This document shows positions 28,138 to 37,909 of a stretch of DNA of 51,052 bases, piece by piece; the first letter of the stretch is position 1; each line of letters starts with the position of its first letter. The stretch comes from Bacteroidales bacterium (lineage in GTDB: Bacteria; Bacteroidota; Bacteroidia; Bacteroidales; UBA932): contig JAKSJH010000001.1 in the NCBI GenBank assembly GCA_024398315.1, forward strand, positions 1 to 51,052, given 5' to 3'. The position numbers and the translations under genes were made by a program. The notes beneath the pieces are model-generated. The model did not search any database and was not told the origin of the DNA. It saw nothing but the letters and a program-made list of their open reading frames with translations.

Positions 28138-29346
28138 ATGAAAAAGAGCATTTGCCTGTATTTCCAGGTCCATCAGCCAGCCAGGCTGAGACTCTACAGA
28201 TTCTTCGACATAGGCAAGGACAGCCACTATTATGATGACTATGCCAACAGAAACATCCTCAAGAGGATCGTCTCCCGCTGCTATCTTCCGATGAACGAGC
28301 TCCTGCTCAACGCCATCAAGGAGACCAAAGGCGCCTTCAAGGTCGCCTTCTCGATCAGCGGCTCTGCCATCGAGCAGTTCGACAGGTACGCTCCTGAGGT
28401 GATAGACAGCTTCAAGGCTCTGGCCGACACCGGATGCGTAGAGTTCCTTTCCGAGACCTACTATCACTCCCTCGCATCCCTTGCGAGCAACTACAAGGAG
28501 TTCGAACTTCAGGTCAGGAAGCACAAGGAAGCCATAGAAAGCCATTTCGGTGTGACTCCGGTCACCTTCCGCAACACCGAGCTGATCTATTCGGACAGCA
28601 TCGGTGAGGAGGTCTTCAGACTGGGCTTCAAGGCCATGCTGACCGAGAGCGCCCGCCACATCATGGGTTGGAAGAGCACCAACTACCTCTACAACAATGC
28701 GTGCCAGCCGAAGCTGAAGCTCCTCCTGCGCAACTATTCGCTCAGTGACGACATCGCTTTCCGCTTCTCCGACAGAGGATGGGCCGGCTGGCCTCTCACC
28801 GCCGAGAAGTTCACCGACTGGCTCAAGGCTTCTGAGGGTGAGATCATCAACCTCTTCATGGACTACGAGACATTCGGAGAGCACCAGAGCGCTGACTGCG
28901 GAATATTCGATTTCATGAAGGCCCTTCCTTCTGCCGTACTCGCCACCAAGGAAATGGAGTTCGTGACCCCGGCAAGAGCGGCTTCCAAGCACAAGTCCAT
29001 CGGAGCCGTTTCCGTTCCGGATGCAATCTCGTGGGCTGACGAGGAGAGGGATGTGACCGCATGGCTCGGAAACGAACTGCAGCAGGATGCGTTCAACAAG
29101 CTCTACGGACTCACCGAGAAGCTGGGCATCCTCAACGACCCTCAGCTCTGGAACGACTTCGGCCATCTGCAGGAGAGCGACCATCTCTACTACATGTGCA
29201 CCAAGTTCTTCTCTGACGGAGAGATCCACAAGAGGTTCAACCCATACGACACTCCGTACGAGGCATTCATCAACTACATGAACGTTCTGAGTGACTTCAC
29301 CATAAGAATCAATGACGCCATCGCCGAGACGAAGGCCGTTGAATAA
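28138..29346 (+). CDS. Glycoside hydrolase family 57 (alpha-amylase-like)
   Basis: 402 aa; YFQVHQP, FRNTELIY, SDDIAFRFS, FMDYETFGEH, SWADEERD. Confidence 0.9.
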   Translation: MKKSICLYFQVHQPARLRLYRFFDIGKDSHYYDDYANRNILKRIVSRCYLPMNELLLNAIKETKGAFKVAFSISGSAIEQFDRYAPEVIDSFKALADTGCVEFLSETYYHSLASLASNYKEFELQVRKHKEAIESHFGVTPVTFRNTELIYSDSIGEEVFRLGFKAMLTESARHIMGWKSTNYLYNNACQPKLKLLLRNYSLSDDIAFRFSDRGWAGWPLTAEKFTDWLKASEGEIINLFMDYETFGEHQSADCGIFDFMKALPSAVLATKEMEFVTPARAASKHKSIGAVSVPDAISWADEERDVTAWLGNELQQDAFNKLYGLTEKLGILNDPQLWNDFGHLQESDHLYYMCTKFFSDGEIHKRFNPYDTPYEAFINYMNVLSDFTIRINDAIAETKAVE

Positions 29347-29355
29347 CCGGCAGAA

Positions 29356-32300
29356 ATGACAGAAGAACTTATCAAACCAGAATACTTGTTCGAGGCAAGC
29401 TGGGAAGTTTGCAACAAGGTAGGGGGCATCCACACGGTGGTTGCGACGAAGGCTCCGTATCTGAAGAAGGAACTGGGCCGCCATCACATACTGATCGGTC
29501 CGGATGTCTGGATGCACACCCGGAGCAACCCTGACTTCATCGAGGACTCCCATCTCTTCAGCAGCTGGAGGGCCCAGGCGGCCTCCGAAGGCCTCAGAGT
29601 CAGGACCGGAAGGTGGAACATTCCCGGGAGACCAATCGCCATCCTGGTGGACTTCAAGCAGTATCTCCCTCATCAGAATGATATCCTCACCCAGATCTGG
29701 CTGGACTTCGGAGTTGACTCAATCTCTGGCAACTGGGACTACAAGGAGAACATACTGTTCGGATTCGCTGCCGGCCGTGTCATCGAAAGCTTCTACAGGT
29801 TCAACCTGGGGGCTTCAGACAAGGTCGTCGCACAGTTCCATGAGTGGCAGACCGGAGCCGGACTCCTCTATGTGAAGAAGACAGGCCTTCCGATAGCCAC
29901 AGTGTTCACCACTCACGCCACAATGATGGGACGCTGCGTAGCCGGAAACAACCTGCCTCTGTACGATGCCATGAGCAGGATAGATGCGGACGAGAAGGCC
30001 CGTCAGTTCAATGTGGTGGCCATCCAGTCAGTCGAGAAGACTACGGCCCTGCAGGCTGACATATTCACTACAGTAAGCGGCATCACCGCCATGGAATGCG
30101 AGCATTTCCTTTCGAGGAAGTGCGATGTCATCACTCCGAACGGATTCGAGAACAGTTTCGTCCCATCTGACGACAAGGAACTCTCCACAATTCGCACCGC
30201 AGCGCGCGGCAAGCTTCTCAAGGTGGCCTCCGCCATGTCCGGCGAGGAGATCGGCGAAGACGCCCTTCTCGTGGGAACCGGCGGCAGATACGAATTCCGC
30301 AACAAGGGCATCGACGTCTTCATCGACGCCCTGGCAGGACTTGCCGCCAAGGAGCCCGCAGGCAGGACAATTGCCGCCTTCATCATGATTCCGGCCGGGC
30401 ACAACGGACCTGACAGAGACCTTCTGGCAAAGCTGGAAGGCAGCGGGTCCGACTACGTCACCCAGGTCTCGCACACTCTTGCCTCTCCTGAATATGACCT
30501 CATCCTCAACCGCATCAAGGAACTGGGACTGGTCAACGCAGCAGGAAGCCGGATCAAGGTCTTCTTCATCCCTTCCTATCTCAACGGGGATGACGGAATA
30601 TTCAACATGCCTTACTACGCCCTCCTGTCCGGCCTGGACACCACGGCGTTCCCGTCCTACTACGAGCCGTGGGGCTACACTCCGCTTGAGAGCCTCGCCT
30701 TCAGCGTCCCTTCACTCACCACGAGCCTGGCCGGATTCGGCCTCTGGATAAGGGAGCATTATGAAGGTGACCATCCCGGAATCACGGTGCTTGACCGCAA
30801 CGAATCCAACTACGACGCTGTCGTGGAAGGAGCCGCCGCCCGTCTGGAGGAGATCTCATCCCTTGATCCTTCAACGTTCGAAGCGTACAGGAGGAACGCC
30901 AGGAAGGTCTCTGAGACCGTTCTTTGGGACAGTCAGATACAATACTACAAGGAAGCATATTCAAAAGCCCTCGCGAAAATCGCCGGGGCCGGGGGACTGA
31001 ACCCTGACACAAAGGAAACACCTACAACAACTTATAAGAAAATGAACATTAACAACCCTTCCTGGAGGAGCGTGATGGTGACCCGCCATCTCCCTGAGGC
31101 GATCTCAGGGCTTGAGACTCTCTCCAAGAACCTCTGGTGGTGCTGGAACGAGTCCGCCAAGTCACTTTTCGAATCAATCGATCCCGCCGTCTGGGCGGAA
31201 ACCATCCATAACCCAATGGCACTCCTCGATGTGGTGAGCCTCAAGAAGTTCAAGGCGCTTGCCAAGGACGAGGAATTCCTTGCATCCTACCGGAAGGTCA
31301 TGGACGAGTTCAACGTCTATATGGCAGCCAAGGCCGAACGCAAGGATCCGATGGTCGGCTATTTCTGTATGGAATACGGACTGGACACTTCTCTGAAGAT
31401 CTATTCAGGAGGTCTCGGCCTTCTCGCCGGTGACTATCTCAAGGAGACCAGTGACATGAACGTCAACCTCGTCGCCGTCGGCCTTCTCTACCGCTACGGC
31501 TACTTCACCCAGACCCTCACCGGCCAGGGCGAGCAGGTCGCTCAGTACGACGCCCAGGACTTCACCCGCATCCCTGCAGAACCTGTCCTCGACTCCAACG
31601 GTGAGTGGGTCACGTCAAGCATCGCCTTCCCAGGAAGGACTGTGACCGCCAGAATCTGGAAGGTCGCCGTAGGCCGCACCGACCTCTATCTTCTCGACAC
31701 CGACTACGAGGCCAACCTTCCTGAGGACCGTCAGATCACCTATCACCTCTACGGAGGCGACTGGGAGAACCGTCTCAAGCAGGAGCTCCTTCTCGGAATC
31801 GGCGGACTCAGGGCTCTCCGTCAGCTGGGCCTCAACCCTCAGATCTACCATTACAATGAGGGTCATGCGGCATTCACCGGTCTGGAGAGGCTTCGTGAAT
31901 ATATCAACAATGACAACCTTGACTTCGGCGAGGCCATCGAGGTGGTCCGCGCGTCATCTCTCTTCACGACCCACACTCCGGTCCCTGCCGGTCATGACTC
32001 CTTCGACGAAGGACTCCTCAGGCAATACATCGGCCATTTCCCTCAGCTCCTGAAGATTGACTGGGAGACAATGATGGGCCTTGGAAAGATCAACGCCTCC
32101 GATCAGGGGGAGAAGTTCTCCATGAGCTTCCTCGCCGCCAACTGCTCGCAGAACGTCAATGGCGTCTCATGGCTCCACGGCGAAGTCAGCAAGGACATAT
32201 TCAACGGAATGTATCCGGGCTACCTGCCGGAGGAACTCTACATCAGCTATGTCACCAACGGAGTCCACTATCCGACATGGGCCGCGGCGGCCTGGAAGAA

Positions 32301-33591
32301 GATCCATGCGAAAGTCTTCGGACCGGACTTCCAGACACAGCATTACGACAAGTCCTGCTTCGAAGGGATCTACAAGGTTCCTGACGATGAGATCTGGGAG
32401 GTCCGCAAGGCTCTCAAGTCAAAGCTCGTGAGAAGGGTCAACAAAATCATCTCCAACCCTAAGATCTGCAACCATTATTCTCCGAGCCAGATCGTGACCA
32501 TCAAGGAGAACCTTCGCGACGATGTGCTCACAATCGGTTTCGCCCGCCGTTTCGCAACTTACAAGAGAGGTACTCTCCTCTTCTCCGACCTTGACAGGCT
32601 CGATGCCATCGTCAACAATCCTGAGCGTCCTGTACAGTTCCTTTTCGCCGGCAAGGCACATCCTGCCGACAAGGCCGGCCAGGATCTCATCAAGAGAATA
32701 GTCGAGATCTCCAAGGATGAACGCTTCCTCGGAAAGATCATCTTCGTCCCAGGCTACGACATCTCTCTCGCAAAGAGGCTCGTCCAGGGTGTCGATGTCT
32801 GGATGAACACACCTACAAGACCTCTGGAGGCTTCCGGTACATCCGGAGAGAAGGCTTCCATGAACGGTGTCATGCACTTCTCCGTCCTTGACGGATGGTG
32901 GGTCGAAGGCTACAAGGAAGGAGCCGGCTGGGCTCTTCCTCAGCAGAGGTCCTATGACGACCAGGGCTTCCAGAACGACCTCGACGCAGCTACGATCTAC
33001 ACTCTTATCGAGAACGAAATCGCTCCTGCCTATTACGCCGTGGACAAGTCAAGAGGCTTCTCGACCCAGTGGGTGGGCTACATCAAGAACACTATCGCCG
33101 GTGTCGCCTGCAATTTCACCACCAACAGGATGCTGACAGACTACTGCAACCAGTTCTACATCCCTCAGGACAACCGTACTTCAGAACTCGTCGCTGACGA
33201 CTACTGCCTTGCCAGGAAGATCGCTGCATGGAAGAAGAGGCTCCGCAAGGAGTGGAACAACATCGAAATCGTCTCACAGACACAGCCGTCAGCTACATAT
33301 TCGTTGACGGAGCACAATCCTATGGACATGGAGGTGGTCCTTGATCTCGGAGACCTTCTTCCTGAGGACATCGGAGTCGAGATTCTCTTCGCCACCAGCG
33401 ATGAGAAGCAGCGCCTCCACATCCAGGAGAAGATTGAGTTCGAGGTCGCATCCTTCGAGGACGGTGTGGCAACATACAGGACATCCATACTTCCGGACAA
33501 GACCGGTATGTACCAGGTTGCCACCAGGATGTATGCCAAGAACCCGCTCCTGCCTCACAGACAGGATTTCGAACTCGTAAGATGGTTATAG
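29356..33591 (+). CDS. Fused GT3 glycogen synthase / GT35 alpha-glucan phosphorylase
   Basis: 1411 aa. N-half: SWEVCNKVGGIHTV, FTTHAT, GRYEFRNKG, FPSYYEPWGYTP. C-half: YSGGLG.LAGD, NEGH, FTTHTPVPAGHD, FARRFATYKR, EASGTSGEK. Confidence 0.93.
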   Translation: MTEELIKPEYLFEASWEVCNKVGGIHTVVATKAPYLKKELGRHHILIGPDVWMHTRSNPDFIEDSHLFSSWRAQAASEGLRVRTGRWNIPGRPIAILVDFKQYLPHQNDILTQIWLDFGVDSISGNWDYKENILFGFAAGRVIESFYRFNLGASDKVVAQFHEWQTGAGLLYVKKTGLPIATVFTTHATMMGRCVAGNNLPLYDAMSRIDADEKARQFNVVAIQSVEKTTALQADIFTTVSGITAMECEHFLSRKCDVITPNGFENSFVPSDDKELSTIRTAARGKLLKVASAMSGEEIGEDALLVGTGGRYEFRNKGIDVFIDALAGLAAKEPAGRTIAAFIMIPAGHNGPDRDLLAKLEGSGSDYVTQVSHTLASPEYDLILNRIKELGLVNAAGSRIKVFFIPSYLNGDDGIFNMPYYALLSGLDTTAFPSYYEPWGYTPLESLAFSVPSLTTSLAGFGLWIREHYEGDHPGITVLDRNESNYDAVVEGAAARLEEISSLDPSTFEAYRRNARKVSETVLWDSQIQYYKEAYSKALAKIAGAGGLNPDTKETPTTTYKKMNINNPSWRSVMVTRHLPEAISGLETLSKNLWWCWNESAKSLFESIDPAVWAETIHNPMALLDVVSLKKFKALAKDEEFLASYRKVMDEFNVYMAAKAERKDPMVGYFCMEYGLDTSLKIYSGGLGLLAGDYLKETSDMNVNLVAVGLLYRYGYFTQTLTGQGEQVAQYDAQDFTRIPAEPVLDSNGEWVTSSIAFPGRTVTARIWKVAVGRTDLYLLDTDYEANLPEDRQITYHLYGGDWENRLKQELLLGIGGLRALRQLGLNPQIYHYNEGHAAFTGLERLREYINNDNLDFGEAIEVVRASSLFTTHTPVPAGHDSFDEGLLRQYIGHFPQLLKIDWETMMGLGKINASDQGEKFSMSFLAANCSQNVNGVSWLHGEVSKDIFNGMYPGYLPEELYISYVTNGVHYPTWAAAAWKKIHAKVFGPDFQTQHYDKSCFEGIYKVPDDEIWEVRKALKSKLVRRVNKIISNPKICNHYSPSQIVTIKENLRDDVLTIGFARRFATYKRGTLLFSDLDRLDAIVNNPERPVQFLFAGKAHPADKAGQDLIKRIVEISKDERFLGKIIFVPGYDISLAKRLVQGVDVWMNTPTRPLEASGTSGEKASMNGVMHFSVLDGWWVEGYKEGAGWALPQQRSYDDQGFQNDLDAATIYTLIENEIAPAYYAVDKSRGFSTQWVGYIKNTIAGVACNFTTNRMLTDYCNQFYIPQDNRTSELVADDYCLARKIAAWKKRLRKEWNNIEIVSQTQPSATYSLTEHNPMDMEVVLDLGDLLPEDIGVEILFATSDEKQRLHIQEKIEFEVASFEDGVATYRTSILPDKTGMYQVATRMYAKNPLLPHRQDFELVRWL

Positions 33592-34460
33592 CCACCGGTT
33601 TCTTCGACGGGGTGCATCTGGGGCACCGCCTTGTTCTCTCCCGGCTTGTCGCTGAAGCGAAGGCCAGGGGAGAGGAAAGCATGGTCGTGACCCTGTGGCC
33701 TCATCCTCGCAATGTCCTCCAGAAGGATGCGAGGGTGTTCAGACTTCTGACCACGTTTGAGGAAAAGAAAAAACTGATTGAAGGACTCGGCGTGGACCAC
33801 GTCGAGGTCCTTCCTTTCACAAAGGAATTCAGCGCTCTTTCCTGCAGGGATTATTTCCGCAAGGTGATCTGCGACCGTTTCGGCGGCAAGTCCGTCCTGC
33901 TTGGTTACGACAACCGTGTGGGAGGCGACAATCTCTCTCCCGAGGAAATAGAGTCAACCGCCAGGGAAGTCGGCCTGGAGGTGATCCGTACCGAGGCTGT
34001 GAACCGGACAATGGAGGCAATCAGTTCTACCAGGATCCGCTCGGCAATAGCTGCCGGAGAGATTGAGAGGGCTAATGAGATGCTGGGCTACGAGTATTCT
34101 CTTTTCGGAGTGGTCGTATCCGGCAACCAGCTTGGCCGCACCATTGGATTCCCCACTGCGAACATGCAGCTGTACGAGCCTCTTAAGCTGATTCCGGGCA
34201 ACGGGGTCTACTCTGTCGATGTGGAGACCGTAGGCCGGACATTCAGAGGGATGTGCAACATCGGCATCCGCCCTACCGTCGGGAAAGGCAATGCCCTGAC
34301 GGTCGAGACGAACATATTCGGTCTCGAGGAGGACATCTACAGTCTTGACATCAAGGTCACCTTCAAGAGGAAGGTCCGTGACGAGCGCAGGTTCGGTTCA
34401 CTGGATGAACTGAAAACTCAGCTGGAACTTGACCGCGCTGAGATTCTTTCCGGGGTCTGA
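33582..34460 (+). CDS. ribF: Bifunctional riboflavin kinase / FAD synthetase
   Basis: 292 aa; GFFDGVHLGH, ISSTRIR, GRTIGFPTAN, NIGIRPT. Confidence 0.95.
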   Translation: MVIATGFFDGVHLGHRLVLSRLVAEAKARGEESMVVTLWPHPRNVLQKDARVFRLLTTFEEKKKLIEGLGVDHVEVLPFTKEFSALSCRDYFRKVICDRFGGKSVLLGYDNRVGGDNLSPEEIESTAREVGLEVIRTEAVNRTMEAISSTRIRSAIAAGEIERANEMLGYEYSLFGVVVSGNQLGRTIGFPTANMQLYEPLKLIPGNGVYSVDVETVGRTFRGMCNIGIRPTVGKGNALTVETNIFGLEEDIYSLDIKVTFKRKVRDERRFGSLDELKTQLELDRAEILSGV

Positions 34461-34466
34461 ACCCAT

Positions 34467-35741
34467 CTATGCCCTTCGTGAACTGCGGATTCCGTAGAGT
34501 ATTATCATCAGGAAGCAGAACAGCGGCAGTACGAAACTGACGTTGACCGCAGGGTGTCCGAAGACGGTTCCCAGGTCGATGATCGTGCCCTGGAGAGGAG
34601 GAAGTATCGAACCGCCCACGATGGCCATCACCAGGAATGATGCTCCGAGAGTCGAGTCTTCTGGGGAGACGTTCTCAAGTGATATTCCATAGATCGTAGG
34701 GAACATCAGGCTCATGAAGGCGCTTATCGCCACAAGGCAGATCAGACCGGACTTCCCGACAAGCAGTATCGCTCCGGCAGTGCAGACTGCGGCACCGCAG
34801 CCGAAGATTGCGAGCAGCTTCCTGGAGTTGACATACTTCATCAGGAACGTGGACACGAAACGGAAGCACAGGAACATCGCCATGGCGGAGATGTTGTACT
34901 TCTGTGCGGTGGCCTTGTCGATGCCGAGGTTGTCGGCATACTGGATGATGAAGGTCCAGACCATGATCTGAGCACCGACATAGAACAGCTGCGCAAGCAC
35001 TCCTTCGCGGTAGTTGACGTTCTTCCAGAGACGCTTGAGAGTCCCTTCCGATTTTACGCCAGAACCTGCTGTGGCCGGCATCTTCGCCAGTGCGATTATC
35101 ACGAAAACCACCACTACGGCCACTCCCAGAGCCACGTAAGCATCCCGGATCGCTCCAAGGTCATGGACTCTCTCCACTGCTTTCTGGGCTTCCGGGAGCT
35201 GACTGAACATCAGCTGTCCCGATGCGTCCCTGTGAGTGTCGCTCAGAAGAGACGGAAGCACTACCCAGGAAGCGACAGCCATGCCGGTCAGGGAACCGAC
35301 CGGATTGAACGCCTGGGCAAGGTTGAGCCTTCTGGTTGAGTTCTCCTTAGGTCCGAGGGACAGGATGAACGGATTCGCTGTGGTCTCAAGGAATGCCAGT
35401 CCGAAGGTCAGGATGTAGAGCGAAAGGCAGAAGAACAGGAAGCTCTCACGTGCCGCTGCCGGAATGAAAAGGAATGCTCCCACGGCGTAGAGCCCGAGTC
35501 CCAGCAGGATGCTTTTCTTGTAGCTGAACCTGCGGATGAACAGGGCGGCTGGCACTGCCATGGTCGCATAGCCGCCATAGAACGCGAACTGGATGAGAGA
35601 AGCCTTCGATGCGGACAGCTCCATCACAGTCTGGAAAGCGGCGACCATCGGATTGGTGATGTCGTTGGCGAACCCCCACAGCGCGAACAGCGATGTGATC
35701 AGGATGAACGGTACGAGATATTTCTTTTCGACGATCTTCAT
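34467..35741 (-). CDS. fucP: L-fucose:H+ symporter permease (MFS)
   Basis: 424 aa; SLFALWGFANDITNPM, FLETTANP, RRLNLAQAFNPVG, MSLMFPTIY; adjacent to fucI. Confidence 0.88.
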   Translation of the reverse strand: MKIVEKKYLVPFILITSLFALWGFANDITNPMVAAFQTVMELSASKASLIQFAFYGGYATMAVPAALFIRRFSYKKSILLGLGLYAVGAFLFIPAAARESFLFFCLSLYILTFGLAFLETTANPFILSLGPKENSTRRLNLAQAFNPVGSLTGMAVASWVVLPSLLSDTHRDASGQLMFSQLPEAQKAVERVHDLGAIRDAYVALGVAVVVVFVIIALAKMPATAGSGVKSEGTLKRLWKNVNYREGVLAQLFYVGAQIMVWTFIIQYADNLGIDKATAQKYNISAMAMFLCFRFVSTFLMKYVNSRKLLAIFGCGAAVCTAGAILLVGKSGLICLVAISAFMSLMFPTIYGISLENVSPEDSTLGASFLVMAIVGGSILPPLQGTIIDLGTVFGHPAVNVSFVLPLFCFLMIILYGIRSSRRA

Positions 35742-35762
35742 AGGCTTGCGGAGACGGACTTG

Positions 35763-37583
35763 CTACTTGTAGATGGGCCCGAATGCGGCGCATGCCCTGT
35801 AGTCGGCACCTTCCTTGTCCATTCCGAAGGCATTCCATGCTGCAGGCCTGAATATTCCAGCATCAGGAACGTTGTGCATGCAGACCGGAATCCTGAGCAT
35901 CGAGCAGAGAGTGATGAGGTCTGCACCGACGTGACCGTAGACTATCGCTCCGTGGTTGGCACCCCAGTTGTTCATGACGCTGTACACGTCCTTGAAGCAG
36001 TCCTTCGCAGGGTCGAGCCTTGGCGCGAACCAGGTGGTAGGCCAGGTCGGGTCCGTGCGCTTGTCGAGGATGTCGTGCTGTTCCTTCGGAAGTTCGACGC
36101 TCCAACCTTCCGCAATCTGGAGCACAGGCCCGAGCCCGTGCACCATGTTGAGACGGAGCATGGTCATAGGCATGCCTCCTCTTGTCACGAAGTGGGCTGA
36201 ATACCCTCCACCGCGGAAATAGTCTCTGTCGGCCGGCATCCAGCTGGTGGCCTTGAGGCATGCATCTGCATCTTCCGGAGTCATCTCCCAAGGCTGCTTC
36301 ATGACAGGATTCCCGTCTTTGTCGGACATCGCGCCGGTGGCGTCGAGGGTGGTCGCTCCTGAGTTGATCAGGTGGATGAATCCGTTGGCGGCACCGCCTT
36401 CCGGTGCCTTGCCTGTCACTCTCTTCACGGCCTCCGGGCTCCAGTAGGTGCGGACATCGCTGAACATTGCGGCCCTGCCGGTCAGAAGATGGCCGAACAG
36501 CATTGAGAGACCGTTGAGGGAGTCGTTCTCGGTGGCGAGTACGTAAGGCTCGCGGATTCCGTTCCAGTCGAACGAGGAGCACATGAGGGACTCAGGGAAG
36601 TCGAAGTTCGGCTTGTAGTCGGTCCACTGTCTCTGACCCTGGACTCCGCCTGCGATGGCGTTGTGGCCGAGGGCTTCTTCCTTGTAGCCCATCTCAAGCA
36701 GCTTCGGGTTCCCGAACATCAGGTCTCTGATGACCATCATGTTCTTGACGGTGAACTCCCAGTCGGCGTCCTTCTCCTCCCTGTTCTTTCCCTTGCCCTT
36801 CCCGTTGAAACTTGTCATAGGGGTGCCCGGGAACAGAGGACGGTCTTCGTTGTAGTCGTGCCCTTCGTTGCACTTGCAGTGCTCTTCGACCCAGGCCATC
36901 GCCTTTTCGAACTCCTCGTGGTCGTAGATTCCGAACTCGACACGGCGGAGAATCTCGACCAGGTCGACATATTCAGTGCGCATCCCAAGGTAGTTCTGCA
37001 GGAAATCGGCGTTGACGATGGATCCGGCGATGCCCATGCAGGTGTTTCCCATCGAAAGGTAGCTCCTGCCGCGCATCGTGGCCACGGCCTGGGCCGAGCG
37101 GGCGAACCGCAGGATCTTGGCGGCCACGTCCTCGGGGATCGAGTTGTCATCGAGGTCCTGGACGTCGTGCCCGTATATTCCGAAAGCAGGAAGTCCTTTC
37201 TGGGCGTGCGCGGCCAGCACCGCTGCGAGGTAGACGGCTCCAGGACGCTCCGTGCCGTTGAATCCCCAGACGGCCTTCGGCCAGTGAGGGTTCATGTCCA
37301 TGGTCTCGCTGCCGTAGCACCAGCAGGATGTGACCGTGATGGTGCTTCCGACACCTTCGCGCTCGAATTTCTCCGCACAGGCGGCGCTTTCGGCGACACG
37401 GCCTATCGTGGTGTCCGAGATCACGCACTCGACCGGAGTTCCGTCCGGATTCCTGAGGTTGGATGTTATAAGGTCCGCCACTGATCTGGCGAGAGCCATT
37501 GTCTTGTCTTCGAGGGCTTCGCGTACGCCACCCTGACGGCCGTCGATTGTCGGCCTGATGCCAATTTTCGGATAGGAAACCAT
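35763..37583 (-). CDS. fucI: L-fucose isomerase
   Basis: [51 protein letters not shown]; ATG at 37583 (606 aa). Confidence 0.96.
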   Translation of the reverse strand: MVSYPKIGIRPTIDGRQGGVREALEDKTMALARSVADLITSNLRNPDGTPVECVISDTTIGRVAESAACAEKFEREGVGSTITVTSCWCYGSETMDMNPHWPKAVWGFNGTERPGAVYLAAVLAAHAQKGLPAFGIYGHDVQDLDDNSIPEDVAAKILRFARSAQAVATMRGRSYLSMGNTCMGIAGSIVNADFLQNYLGMRTEYVDLVEILRRVEFGIYDHEEFEKAMAWVEEHCKCNEGHDYNEDRPLFPGTPMTSFNGKGKGKNREEKDADWEFTVKNMMVIRDLMFGNPKLLEMGYKEEALGHNAIAGGVQGQRQWTDYKPNFDFPESLMCSSFDWNGIREPYVLATENDSLNGLSMLFGHLLTGRAAMFSDVRTYWSPEAVKRVTGKAPEGGAANGFIHLINSGATTLDATGAMSDKDGNPVMKQPWEMTPEDADACLKATSWMPADRDYFRGGGYSAHFVTRGGMPMTMLRLNMVHGLGPVLQIAEGWSVELPKEQHDILDKRTDPTWPTTWFAPRLDPAKDCFKDVYSVMNNWGANHGAIVYGHVGADLITLCSMLRIPVCMHNVPDAGIFRPAAWNAFGMDKEGADYRACAAFGPIYK

Positions 37584-37614
37584 AGCTTGATGATGAATTA
37601 TGTGGTTGTCTTCA

Positions 37615-37622
37615 CAAAAATA
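37615..37622 (-). promoter_or_regulatory. -7 promoter box of fucI-fucP
   Basis: TATTTTTG on the minus strand 31 nt upstream of the fucI ATG. Confidence 0.55.
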
Positions 37623-37667
37623 AGATATCTTGACAATAATAAGCCATCTTGTTTCATTTTTTTTTCT

Positions 37668-37675
37668 TACATTTG
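37668..37675 (+). promoter_or_regulatory. -7 promoter box of the greA operon
   Basis: TACATTTG, with TTG at 37649-37651. Confidence 0.6.
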
Positions 37676-37683
37676 CCAAAGAC

Positions 37684-37723
37684 GACAGGGTTCCGCTTAA
37701 GCAGGCGGAGCTCCGTTTCTTTT
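37684..37723 (+). terminator. Terminator-like hairpin in the greA 5' leader (putative attenuator)
   Basis: GACAGGGTTCCGC-TTAAGCAG-GCGGAGCTCCGTT followed by TCTTTT, starting 8 nt after the -7 box. Confidence 0.6.
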
Positions 37724-37747
37724 ACATTGTGCATGTAACCACTTTTA

Positions 37748-37909
37748 GAAGCTGTTTTGAAATGGTTCACAAAATTTGTTATAGAAGATTTTTGAGGATG
37801 AATTTTCTTTTGAAGATGAAGCATAGCAGTAGCTATGTGACTGATGAAAAAGGAAATTCAGACCAAAAAGATTCATAAGAAATAAAGTTAATCATTTCAA
37901 AACAGCTTC
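37748..37909. mobile_element. MITE-like non-autonomous element (162 bp) with 20-bp terminal inverted repeats and TTA target duplication
   Basis: Left GAAGCTGTTTTGAAATGGTT, right AATCATTTCAAAACAGCTTC (19/20). TTA on both sides (37745-47, 37910-12). AT-rich with an internally palindromic body. Confidence 0.75.

Noticed and set aside
28114-29673. Long antisense ORFs (519 aa here; also 5502-6572, 21200-22552, 23423-24673, 27121-28047)
   Set aside because: They mirror well-supported genes in register and have no recognisable motifs; expected shadow ORFs from strong C/G third-position bias.
37657-37665. T9 tract in the greA promoter spacer as a slippage switch
   Set aside because: Poly-T spacers are common in these promoters and there is no evidence of length variation from one sequence.
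37584-37679. Extended N-termini in the ORF track (fucI here; also guaB 44585, pyrE 14159, dprA 12297, NlpC/P60 43651, radical SAM 43662)
   Set aside because: The extensions run through promoter boxes or terminators; the downstream ATGs match family N-termini and A-rich contexts.
37630-37878. 82-aa ORF crossing the greA promoter and the MITE
   Set aside because: TTG start upstream of the promoter box, no motif, and it spans an insertion boundary; likely spurious.
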